A stretch of DNA of 64,000 nt. Origin: Vicugna vicugna. Lineage: Eukaryota. This document shows positions 52,201 to 62,992 of the stretch, in pieces. The DNA lies in contig MU058463.1 in assembly GCA_013265495.1 (NCBI GenBank), positions 2,503,523-2,567,522 on the forward strand, written 5' to 3'. The translations under genes were made by a program, and so were the position numbers. Within the stretch, counting starts at the first letter, position 1, and the number at the start of each line of letters is the position of its first letter. The notes under the pieces are model-generated. The model was given only the letters and a program-made list of their open reading frames with translations, was not told the origin of the DNA and ran no database searches.

Positions 52201-53424
52201 GTAGTTCTTCAGAGGCTGTAACTGAATGACAAGATAATTCTATCCATTTAATATTGAAGTGATGTTGATAGTATCATTCTTCTCGTGCTGGAAACAGGGC
52301 AGTGCAGAGGCCCTCTCTGCCTCAGCCTGTTCTGCCCTGGGTGATGGATTTTCCCTCTGACTAATCGCTGTCACATTAACTTGCACTATTTCATCCTTCA
52401 GAGCTGTCAGGATAATGAGGATAATCCAAGTGGCTCATTGTAGGTAAAGGAAATTATATGAGCAAAGTAATATCATAAAACAGTGTTTAAATATTTTAAT
52501 TTCATTTGTCAGGGCTGCCCCAACACTTCATTACACATATAACCATCTCTCATCAGTGGAATTAGTGCATTATTCATTACTGTTAATTATTTTCACATAA
52601 TGGCTGCCCTGATATATTTAACCTCCACATTATATCTCAGATAATGGGTCTGTAAAATTGAATTGTGTGAAGAGTGGAGTTCTAAAGCTCATTTGCAGAA
52701 CATCAAAGAACAAAGAAGAGGAAAAGAATTCTAAATGGGACATTTTGCCCAGCTGGGGCCAAACATTTGTTTCTGTCTGATTTGCATACAGAAAATAGGT
52801 GATGTAGAAGAGGCTTAATACTGTATCGGCTGTCTGCTCCTGTTACACGATCAATTAGGATTTGCTAATATCGCACACACTGGAAACAACTTGAGAATTA
52901 TAGCATGGAAAAATGGAACAATTAAGAAAGTACTCTTATACGGTGTAGACAAAATGGAATTTCCGTTTGGGAACAATATGCAAGGGGCAGAGAGAGAGAG
53001 AAAGAGGGAGGGAGAGAGAAGGAAGGAATGCTAGTGAGCTTCAGATTGATTACATAGTTTTATGAATAACTTTAATAATAGACACTAAGTTTTTTAAAGT
53101 GGTAAAAGCAAAGAATAACCATAAAAATCAATTTAGATTTTAGTCATTCATTTCTATTGCAGCTAGTGCAAAATTTACCACTTACAGTTACTATAACACT
53201 TTCTCAGTAAATTTAAGTTTCAACATTTGTGCAAACAACGCATTTATTTAGAGAAGGGAGGCCAAATTTTACAGCAATTTAATTCTTTATGATCGTGCAT
53301 TATTACTCCTTTATAGAGCATTTAACAAGCGTGATGATCTGTCGAGCAATGTCAAACACATCTGGATGTGAGTGTATTTTCTTTGTACCTTTCCAGTGTA
53401 GTAAACTGGACCAAAAACCCAATT

Positions 53425-53537
53425 GAAATCAGTAGATTGAGCCAGAATCTCCTGATGGTGGAGCTTAGACATGTGTATATTTTCAAAGCGCTTCAAGTAA
53501 TTTTCAGGGGCTTTCTGTGATCAGAACCTTGGCTTTA
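53425..53537. mobile_element. MER5-like hAT-Charlie fragment
   Basis: CAGAATCTCCTGATGGTGGAGCTTAGACATGTGTATATTTTCAAAGCGCTTCAAGTAATT...AGAACC. Confidence 0.6.
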
Positions 53538-53719
53538 AGAGGTTGGAGGGGCACGTAGCTCGTAGCGCCCCCGCACTTTGGTCTTTTGGATGACTCTCTC
53601 ATTTTTGAACATGGACAGTAAGCTCTGCCTTGGGTGAGCTGGTGATGGCGGCAACTAGGTGATGTACCTTCCTGGCTTTCTTCACTGTTATCACAGGACA
53701 CAGTGTAGAGACTCATGCC

Positions 53720-54380
53720 ATAACTGCTTGTTAAATTTGCCTTACTCAGATTTTCACTTTTATACTGAAATTAATTTCTTCAGACCTATAAGTTTTCTTT
53801 CTTTTGGATTTTTCTTGGGTCAAGTCCCATGAGTGGGGGGTCACAGTTTTGATGGCTCTTGGTAGATTTTGTCAAGTAGATTCCTAAAAGTTACACCAAT
53901 TAATAATGCCAAGACAATATATAAACGGAACAATTTTATTGCAACCTTGGCAGAATTGGCTGTTAACATTGAAGAGTCATTTTTGTTAACCTAGAAAATG
54001 GCTTCTCACTGTTTTAACGTGCATTTTTTCCCTCTTACTGTCCAGGTTGAAAACTTCCCATTTTGATTTATGTTTCTTTTTTTTTTTGTGAGTCATTTCT
54101 TAGTTATCTTAGTCTTTTGATCATTTCTTTATTGATTTCTTAGTTTTTTTTCTTACCAAACTGAATGATCTCTTTATAATAATAAATATATTATACTTTT
54201 AGCTATCTTATTTACTGCAATTTTTTTTACTGTCTGTTGTTTGCAATTTTCTTTTAGCCTTTTTTTCACTTGTACCAAACTTTTTATTTCTTATGTAGTC
54301 AAATGAGTTGATCTTTTTCTAGTGTTTTTTTTTTCCCTTTGTCTTCAAAGCTTAAAACATTATCAGAATTACCTTTTTTT
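53720..54380 (-). mobile_element. Ancient L1 (L1ME-like) ORF2 fragment
   Basis: TTACACCAATTTA...AACCTTGGCAG...TCACTGTTTTAACGTGCATTT...TATGTAGTCAAAT occur in the antisense L1 order. Confidence 0.6.
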
Positions 54381-54759
54381 CCAGATGGGTTAGATCAAGT
54401 TCTGAGAAATTTGAAGACATAGTGAAGAAAGCCTAACTACAGAGCTGGAAATAAAATCATGAAACCTTAGCTCTCAATCCATTGCACCATTCCTAACGTG
54501 TTAGACAAGCACCCCTCATGAATACCCATCATGAGAATAAACCCAGTTGGTGGGAAATAAACAGAGGAGAAGTTCATCTCTGCCACTGTCTCTCTTCTCC
54601 TTCTCATTCATTATGTACATTTGGTTGAGTTGCCCTATAGCATCAGTCCATCGTATCTTTACGTATGAAATAAGGTCTGAACTTTTGCACTAGACTTTCA
54701 AAATCTTCCATTTTCCCCTCTATCCCTCTATTAATTCTGCATCCATAGCCCAGTGCCTT

Positions 54760-55260
54760 ATTCATTTACTTACCATTTATTGAGCGTCTACCATGTGCCA
54801 GCAAAGTGTTGGGAATAAACAGCATTCCCTGACTGAGAACTCACAGTGCCGTCAACTCCCTCTTCTTGGAATGCTCCCCGTCTTCTCCTGCTTCTAGAAC
54901 CTGCTTAATTTGCTCATTCTATTTGGATGGTCTTAGACCTTAGATATTCCTTCAAAGCACTGCCTGTCTTTTAAGGATCCGTTTGAAATTCCACTTTCTT
55001 TAATAAGCCTTCTCTGTTCACTACACCCCTATTGGAATGAATCCCTCTGTTCCAAACATCCCCAAAGAATAATGTTTTTGTCTCTGTTATGGTATTTGAC
55101 CATTGTGAGCTTCACACTAGAGTTACTGACATGCCTCTGTCCCCTCCACTAGGTTATGATGCACCTTCCTAGCAATAGCATTTGAATCTGACTCAACTTT
55201 GTGTGTCTCATGGTACATGGCAAGGCCTGTGCCTGTGATAGGTACTAAGTAAATGTTTGT
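54760..55260. mobile_element. LINE-2 remnants (minus 3' end 54760-54850; plus 3' end to 55260)
   Basis: CATTTATTGAGCGTCTACCATGTGCCAG and GTGCCTGTGATAGGTACTAAGTAAATGTTTG. Confidence 0.75.
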
Positions 55261-57004
55261 AGTTTTTTTTTTTTTTTACATTCTGTTTTCCTTATTTTAT
55301 TTTTTTTTACATTTTTATTGATTCATAATCATTTTACAGTGTTGTGTCAAATTCCAGTGTTCTGTACAATTTTTCAGTCATACATGGACATATACACACT
55401 CATTGTCACATTTTTTTCTCTGTGATTTATCATAACATTTTGTGTATATTTCCCTGTGCTATACAGTGTAATCTTGTTTATCTGTTCTACAATTTTGAAA
55501 TCCCAGTCTATCCCTTCCCACCCTCTACCCCCCTGGTAACCACAAGTCTGTATTCTCTGTCCATGAGTCTATTTCTGTCCTGTATTTATGCTTTGTTTTT
55601 GTTTGTTTGTTTGTTTTTGTTTTTTAGATTCCACATATGAGCGATCTCATATGGTATTTTTCTTTCTCTTTCTGGCTTACTTCACTTAGAATGACATTCT
55701 CTAGGAGCATCCATGTTGCTGCAAATGGCATTATGTTGTCGGTTTTTATGGCTGAGTAGTATTCCATTGTATAAATATACCACATCTTCTTTATCCAGTC
55801 ACCTGTTGATGGACATTTAGGCTGTTTCCATGTTTTGGCTATTGTAAATAGTGCTGCTATGAACATTGGGGTGCAGGTGTCATCCTGAAGTAGATTTCCT
55901 TCTGGATACAAGCCCAGGAGTGGGATTCCTGGGTCATATGGTAAGTCTATTCCTAGTCTTTTGAGGAATCTCCACACTGTTTTCCATAGTGGCTGCACCA
56001 AACTGCATTCCCACCAGCAGTGTAGGAGGGTTCCCCTTTCTCCACAGCCTCTCCAGCATTTGTCATTTTTGGATTTTTGAATGACGGCCATTCTGACTGG
56101 TGTGAGGTGATACCTCATTGTAGTTTTGATTTGCATTTCTCTGATAATTAGTGATATTGAACATTTTTTCATGTGCTTTTTGATCATTTGTATGTCTTCC
56201 TTGGAGAATTGCTTGTTTAGGTCTTCTGCCCATTTTTGGATTGGGTTGTTTATTTTTTTCTTATTGAGTCGTATGAGCTGCTTATATATTTTGGAGATCA
56301 AGCCTTTGTCGGTTTCACTTGCAAAAATTTTCTCCCATTCCGTAGGTTTTCTTCTTGTTTTATTTCTGGTTTCCTTTGCTCTGCAGAAGCTTGTAAGTTT
56401 CATTAGGTCCCATTTGTTTATTCTTGCTTTTATTTCTTCTAGGAGAAAATTTTTGAAATGTATGTCAGATAATGTTTTGCCTATGTTTTCCTCTAGGAGG
56501 TTTATTGTATCTTGTCTTATGTTTAAGTCTTTAATCCATTTTGAGTTGATTTTTGTATATGGTGTAAGGGTGTGTTCTAGCTTCATTGTTTTACATGCTG
56601 CTGTCCAGTTTTCCCAACACCATTTGCTGAAGAGACTGTCTTTATTCCATTGTATATTCTTGCCTCCTTTGTCGAAGATGAGTTGACCAAAAGTTTGTGG
56701 GTTCATTTCTGGGCTCTCTATTCTGTTCCATTGGTCTATATGTCTGTTTTGGTACCAATACCATGCTGTCTTGATGACTGTAGCTCTATAGTATTGTCTG
56801 AAGTCTGGGAGAGTTATTCCTCCAGCCTCTTTCTTTCTCTTCAGTAATGCTTTAGCAATTCTAGGTCTTTGATGGTTCCATATAAATTTTATTATGATTT
56901 GTTCTAGTTCTGTGAAATATGTCCTGGGTAATTGGATAGGGATTGCATTAAATCTGTAGATTGCCTTGGGCAGTGTGACCATTTTATAAATGTTTGTAGT
57001 TTTT
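55250..57004 (-). mobile_element. Very young 5'-truncated L1 (~1.7 kb)
   Basis: 18-bp perfect TSD TAAATGTTTGTAGTTTTT (55250-55267 and 56987-57004), a pure T run, the 3' UTR and an uninterrupted ORF2 frame. Confidence 0.97.
55624..56982 (-). pseudogene. C-terminal 452 aa of L1 ORF2p (post-RT region and CCHC zinc knuckle); open frame but promoterless and truncated
   Basis: [13 protein letters not shown]...GGITLPDF...[13 protein letters not shown] and [18 protein letters not shown] (CX3CX7HX4C). Confidence 0.96.
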
Positions 57005-58074
57005 GTTTGTTTGTTTCTGTTTATTTGATTGAAAGCTCAAAGTCCCAGATTACAGTCAGCTTCTCCAGTGTTGAATCACAGTTAACATGACTTTGGAATT
57101 CTCAAATATGTATACTCATTGTGAACCTGTAGAAGCCATAGCTTCCAGACAATGCAAATCTAGTGTCCAGTAGGCACTCATTTTTGATTAACAAGCTGAA
57201 AGAGCATTAAATCTATACAGAGAACCTGCAATAATATTTATTATTCACTTTGGCTCTCATATGTTTTGGTGTTTTTGCAATTAAAAAATGGCTTGAAACA
57301 TCATTTGACTTGTTGTCATCCGAAGCGTCATGCTTACAAAGCCAATTCTGTGATTGAAAATCTTATGTTGGGTCCCTAAAAAGTGTTAATTTACATAGCC
57401 TCCTGTTTTCGTCATTTGCTAAAAAGGGTTATTTCACAACTGCCAAGTGGCAAAGGGTTTTTGGCTCTTTCTATTAAGTATTAATAAAACATCCCATAAT
57501 ACAGATCCCCTTCACCTGGCTCATCTGGGACTTGTTTGGAAGAGATCCATTTATTTCACTTAAAGTTTGTTACATCCTTCCATTTCTGTAGCAAATCCCA
57601 GGGCACCACCATGGCCTGGAAAGGTTGGTGTTCATTTGTTTAGAGACTCAAGAAAGATTACTCTCTGCTGTCAGTGTCAGGATGTGTCAAAAGCAGGGTG
57701 CCGCTTTTATTTTTACTTGGCAACCCTAAGAATGAAGACAATCTGATGTTTCTAATGAAAGTGACTTTTATAAACAAGTCATCTCCCACAGCTTGCTTGA
57801 TAAAATGCCAAGGCCAGTTCTAGGGAAAATTGGGAAGCTGAGAAGGTTTGTTTTTGCTCTTGCCCCCATCGCTTTCTGAGCTGCTTTGCCTTCTTGGGAA
57901 GCAACTTTTCTTGTGCAGCTTGCCTGTTGCTCCTCTCTGTGCCCTTCTTCCCAGGCCCAGCCCTGACTTTTACCCCAGTGCCATCTCTCTGTCCTCCTCC
58001 ACTGTCCTCAGCTCCTGCTGTCGCCCCAGGGAGGTAAGTGAACAGCGTTTCCTGATCTCTCCCTGTGACCCTGG

Positions 58075-58890
58075 CTCGGTGCTAAGCACCTAACCTGCAT
58101 TATCTCATCAGTCCCCCAAGCAGTCCCATGAAGTGGCCATTATTACTATCATTTTACAAATGAAGTAACCCCATCTTGGTGAGTTTAAAGGACTTGCCCA
58201 AGGTCAAGCAGCAAGTGGAGTAGGCGGTAATTTCCACAGATGGCTGCAACAGGACCTCTCACCCCGCGTGTGCTTTGGTAGTGTGACATTGTGACTCTTC
58301 CCATTAAGGAGTCGGGTCCTGTGACTCTTCTCTTTGAATCTGAGTGCACTGATGACTGCTTCACCTAACAGAGTATAGCTGACGTGACATGACTTGGCTT
58401 CTGCGTCCGGAGCGTGAAAGGCAATGTAGCTTTGGCCTTGATCATTGGACCTCTTGCGCTTGGACTCGAGCTGCCACGTGTGCAGTCTGATTACCCTGGG
58501 GCTGCCATATTGTAAAGCAGTCAGGTTACACAGAGAGGTCATATGTAGATGTTCTGCTCGGCCGTCCTGGCTTTTGAGGTGTTTTATCTCCGGGACCAAA
58601 CTTATGAATGAAACTGTCTTGGACCCTCCGGACCAGCTAGCTCATCCACCAGTTGAGAATCACTGCATGATCTTAGTCAATGCTACAAGAAGCAAGCAAA
58701 TCACTGAGACAATCACTTCAAAAAATCCCTAACCCACAGAATCCTTGAGCAGAATGAAATGGTTGTGGTTTTAGGTCATTACATTTTGGGGTGGTTTGTT
58801 CTATAGCAGCAGCACCTGGAACAGCCAGTACGTGGTAGAACCCGAATGTGAGCCGGGTATTCTGACTCCAGAGCTCTCACAATTAACCCC
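58075..58890 (-). mobile_element. MIR SINE split by an LTR (58075-58215 and 58824-58890)
   Basis: CATTTTACAAATGAAG...GACTTGCCCAAGGTCA before the LTR; GCCAGTACGTGGTAGAACC...TCTGACTCCAGAGC after it. Confidence 0.85.
58216..58823 (+). mobile_element. MaLR solo LTR (MLT1G-like)
   Basis: TG...CA termini; internal TTTGAATCTGAG and TTTTGGGGTGGTTTGTT; degenerate 5-bp TSD GCAAG/GCCAG. Confidence 0.85.
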
Positions 58891-59159
58891 TACACCCCAA
58901 GGGTGAATTAATCCCCACTAATCTGAGACACACTTTCCACCAGTATTGGCATATAACAGAATTTCCTTAACCAAAAGGGCTGAATTTCTAATGGTGAAAT
59001 TTCTGGCACTGCTGGGAGTGTTGATGGGGTTCCTTGAATCAAATCAAGGTACCCATTACGTATTTTACACTGAAGATACATTAGCCTTTGTCACTGAATA
59101 CTGAATATAATTTATTTTTTAAATTTCCTATATATTAGAAACAAGTTTCTTGACTTTTG

Positions 59160-59585
59160 AGGGGAAATGTAACACATCTATAGAAAAATGCACAAATCAT
59201 ACTTGTATAGTTCAATATAGCGTCATCAGGTGACCTCCCCATGTAGGTAACACCGAGGGCAGGAAATAGCAATCCATCAACCTCCAGGATCCCCCTTGAG
59301 CCACCTCAACATCCCTTTTCTTTCCTCTTCCTCAAAGGTAACTACTACCCTGACTTCTAACATCATGGATTAGTTTTGACTGCTTTTGATCTGTACATAA
59401 AGAGAATCATACAAAAGGGATTGTTTTGAGTCTGGCTTTTTTCCTTCAATGTTATGTTTATGAAACTGACCCATGTTGGTGATGGTTCATATAGTTAATT
59501 TATTATTAGTGTATATGTTAATAGTATTCCATGGAATAAATATTTCACAATGTTTACCCAGTCTATTTGTGAGAGATACTTAGCT
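59160..59585 (-). mobile_element. Old L1 3' fragment (L1MD/ME-like)
   Basis: AGAAAAATGCACAAATCAT...AAAGGTAACTACTACCCTGACTTCTAACATCATGGATTAGTTTTG...AGTATTCCAT. Confidence 0.8.
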
Positions 59586-59624
59586 TAGAAAAAAACACTG
59601 CATTTTTTAAAAAAGTTCTTTTTC

Positions 59625-59862
59625 TTTTTTTTATTAGATTTTACTTTATTTATAAATTACGATATAATTGACATACAGGATTATATTAGTTTCAGGTATA
59701 CAACATAATGATTCAATATATGCATATATAGCAAAATGATCACCACAATAAGTCTAGCTAACATCATCACCACATAAAGTAACACCTTTTTTTCTTGTAA
59801 CAAGAAATTTTAAGATCTCTCTTAGTAACTTTCAAATATACAATACAGTATTATTAACTACA
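59625..59862 (-). mobile_element. L1MA9-like 3' UTR fragment
   Basis: GATATAATTGACATAC...TTAGTTTCAGGTATACAACATAATGATT...CACCACAATAAGTCTAG; antisense homologue of 48790-48980. Confidence 0.85.
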
Positions 59863-60272
59863 GCTCTTTCTTGTCAAGCTACAAATATAGAAGGAATATA
59901 GCACGTGGGGAATAGCCATCAAATGAAATAGAATGCCATCCATTTACCTCCCACAGGCAAATGAGAATAAAGGTACATGAGCATCGGGGAAGTCTTCCCA
60001 CACTGAGAGGACCTGTGAGAACGTGGGCAGACTCAGACTGGAGGGAGGTTGAGATTTAGTCTGATAGGGATGTGGGGGCAGGAAGGGGAAAGAGTGGGAG
60101 GGGTGGGGCCATGCCTCCTCCATAAGGTCCTACCTCCAAGGGTGGATTTCCAGTCACAGGGAAAGTAGAAGATGAAATTGGGTGGGACAGAAAGGAGATA
60201 GTCTTCAGCGAAGTCCTCATGGTGGGTGGTCCTGTAGTCAGGCGGTGCGGTGGTTCTGAGTGGTGAGCAGTG

Positions 60273-60365
60273 AAGTGTAAGACCCATACCGGGAACTGCG
60301 GGTCTGAGGCAGTGATGGTTAAGTGTAAGACCCATACCGGGAACTGCGGGTCTGAGGCAGTGATG
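60273..60365. repeat. Perfect 45-bp direct repeat, period 48
   Basis: AAGTGTAAGACCCATACCGGGAACTGCGGGTCTGAGGCAGTGATG at 60273-60317 and 60321-60365. Confidence 0.97.
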
Positions 60366-61569
60366 CCAACTCCCCGGCCAGGGGCAGGAGGACCTGGGAG
60401 AGCTAGAAAGGATTCCAGAGCCCTTGTCAAAGTGGCTACAGGCTCAGTGCAGCTCTCTGGAGGCCACTTGGAATGCTAGGGTAGGAATATAAAGCAATCA
60501 CCGTGGGAGGTAAGGAACTATGGGACCTGGCGATGAAGAAGATGCTCAGACTCCCCTTCCAGCTCTGCCAGCATTCATTCTGATTGGTGGGTGCTCAGAT
60601 CGTGCAAGCTGCTAATATTTCAATTATCACTTTTTTGGCTTCAGGCAGTGAAGAGGTATAGGTGCAACTGTAACTTTGGTTGTAGATTTATCCAAAATCT
60701 TATTGCTGAGATCTCAAATTGGAGAAAGTTGAAAATAGATTCTTGCTTTTCTTTGCCTTTGACTTTTTCACCTTTCATGTGAATTGCATTTGAATGAAAA
60801 ATGACAGAGAAAACAAAATAAAACAAAACTTACCTGGGAGTTAGGACACCTGTGGTTTTAGTTCTGCTGTCATACACTTAGCATATGTGGGAGGATTTTT
60901 CAGACAAGCAAGGAGCGAATCTGGATCTTCTCGGCTCTTCCTCAAAGGGTCATCAGGGTGTGCACGTCTGATTGCACTGCTGGTGCTGCGCCTGCCACCC
61001 CTTCAGTCACACAGCGGGGGGACGACAAGAACTCTTATCTCCTGGGATTGCAATTGATCACTCCAGCTCCCTGTCTCTTCACAAGCATCAGAATTCACAT
61101 TAGCCCAATAATGTGGATTTAAAGATATCTCAGGGGGGATTTGATTCCATTAAGAGTTATTAAGGCATCACAGTTCAATAGGATGAGCCAAAGAGCTGGA
61201 ATAGCAAGACTCTGGACTTAATCGCCTCTCTCCCGCTAACTTACTCTAGTGCAAACTCTTTGTCACTTTATCTTTCTCAGCCCTTCAAATACTGAAGGAA
61301 ACATACTGGCTTGACTAGAACACACTGAGGTGGGAGCCATAGATGAAAAGGTGGCTCCCTCACCATAATAGTCAAGACAAGAGAATGTATATTGGATATT
61401 TTATCCAAGGGAAATATAATGCAATACACACCTTAAGTCGGATGTGGCATTTTTATGAGGAGTACTTGACCTGTGTTTAGATTTCCAAAAACTGTCTTGA
61501 AAAAGTTTACCCAAGTTGTAACAAATGTATTTTTAAAATTTCCAATTGCTGAAATGAGTATCTGCTTTT

Positions 61570-61692
61570 ACATTTAAATTTAAAGCAAAAATAAATAAAG
61601 CTAAAAATTCAGTTTTACTGTCACACTGACCACATTCCAAGTGCTCAGTAGTCACATGTGGCTAGGGGCTGCTGTACTGGACATCACAGGTC
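61570..61692. mobile_element. MER3/MER33-like hAT-Charlie fragment
   Basis: AAAATTCAGTT...CCACATTCCAAGTGCTCAGTAGTCACATGTGGCTAG...TACTGGACA. Confidence 0.8.
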
Positions 61693-62011
61693 TAGGCCAC
61701 AGGTGTAAATACCGATACCTGCCGGCTCAGAAATCTATAGGAGCAAAAACTTTGGCCATGCAAATATATAAGGAATATGCCATTTTTTTAAGATTATTTT
61801 CTTCCATATAGCTTAGTGTTTATACCATGAGTACCAAAATTCTTTCTAATTTTAGATGAATTCTTTGTAAAACACTTTACAAATTTTCCTGACTTCTTAA
61901 ATGGAGAGCACTGAATATAAACAAAACGTTGCTTGCTGAGCTAAGGCCATTGTCACAAACAGCAGTAATGTTACTGTGTTTTAATACATCACTGCCTTGG
62001 GGGTCAGGAGA

Positions 62012-62241
62012 CCAGGGATTGGTAGCCTCCAGCTGGGGGCCAAATGTGGCCCTCCATCTGCTCTTTGAATAAAGCCTCAATGGAGCGCAGCCATGCCCAT
62101 TCATTGTCTGTGGCCCGTGCCTGCTTCCACGCCACAGGGCAGAGTGGTTGAGTGGTTGAGTGGTTGTGATGCACACTGTGCAATCTGCAAAGCCTCAGAT
62201 ATTAACCATCTGGCCTTTTCAGAGAAGGTTTGTCTGTCCGT
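62012..62241. mobile_element. MER58A-like hAT-Charlie MITE
   Basis: CAGGGATTGG...GGGCCAAATGTGGCCC...AATAAAG...CAGCCATGCCCATTCATT...CTGGCCTTTTCAGAGAAGGTTTG; contains a local (GAGTGGTT)3 expansion. Confidence 0.85.
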
Positions 62242-62519
62242 GGAGTGGACTATACTAAATGACCTAACCCGAGACCGTTTTAGGTTCTTACACCTGCTTT
62301 TTATCACTATCCTTACTCCCATTGTTAGTATGACGTTTTCCCTTCCTTGCTGTCGGGGTTCCTATCTATATATAGCAAGTTACTTGTTGATTTAAACTAC
62401 TGTGGATTTAGAAAGGAGTCACAAAGCATGTTAGATGTTTTTAATGCCAGAAGCACATTGACCATCGTGATTCAGCTTTGGGTTTTGTGGCATCTACTTG
62501 GCTATGCAGGGATTTTATC

Positions 62520-62992
62520 TTCATTTCCGAGTTCTCAGACGTGGTGGCCTCTGTTCAGCCTCTTACCTCTTCTTCAGCTGGCTCCCACCTCGACGTGCTC
62601 CAGTCAAGCCAAGTCACTTCTGTTTGCACACTCGTTTGCACATTCATGACCTCCTGCGTCAATCACGATTTTCCACGCTTGGAGCACCTTACTCCTTCCT
62701 TATTCACTGCGTGGCCTTGTGAATGTTCCTCCACCATTTCCACCTCTGGAAGACCTTCCTGACCTCTCACTGCCCCCACTCCCAGCTCCCAGTGACACCG
62801 GGGCCATGTGGTGCCGCCCTCCTTGGGACATCCTGAGCCTGTGTGATTATCTCAGTTACAGGGTTTTTATACTGTCCTGCCACTGTCTTACATGCTGCTA
62901 CCTGTCAAAGACAGTGTGGGCTCCAGAAGGGCAGGCCCTACCCAGCTCGGTTCCTGACACACAGCAGGGGGTCAATAAACACTTACTGAACT
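62520..62992 (+). mobile_element. LINE-2 3' fragment
   Basis: TCCACCTCTGGAAGACCTTCCTGACC...GCTCCAGAAGGGCAGG...CCTGACACACAGCAGGGGGTCAATAAACACTTACTGAA. Confidence 0.75.

Noticed and set aside
52171..52206. CTGAC-CTTTCCTTTGCAG|GTACAA as a recursive site or 10-nt exon
   Set aside because: The donors are weak and the branch-like motif is too close to the AG.
56126..56686. 186-aa hydrophobic plus-strand ORF
   Set aside because: It is the antisense shadow of L1 ORF2, a common false 'membrane protein'.
60273..60365. Direct repeat as a CRISPR-like array
   Set aside because: Only two copies, a 3-nt spacer and a mammalian context.
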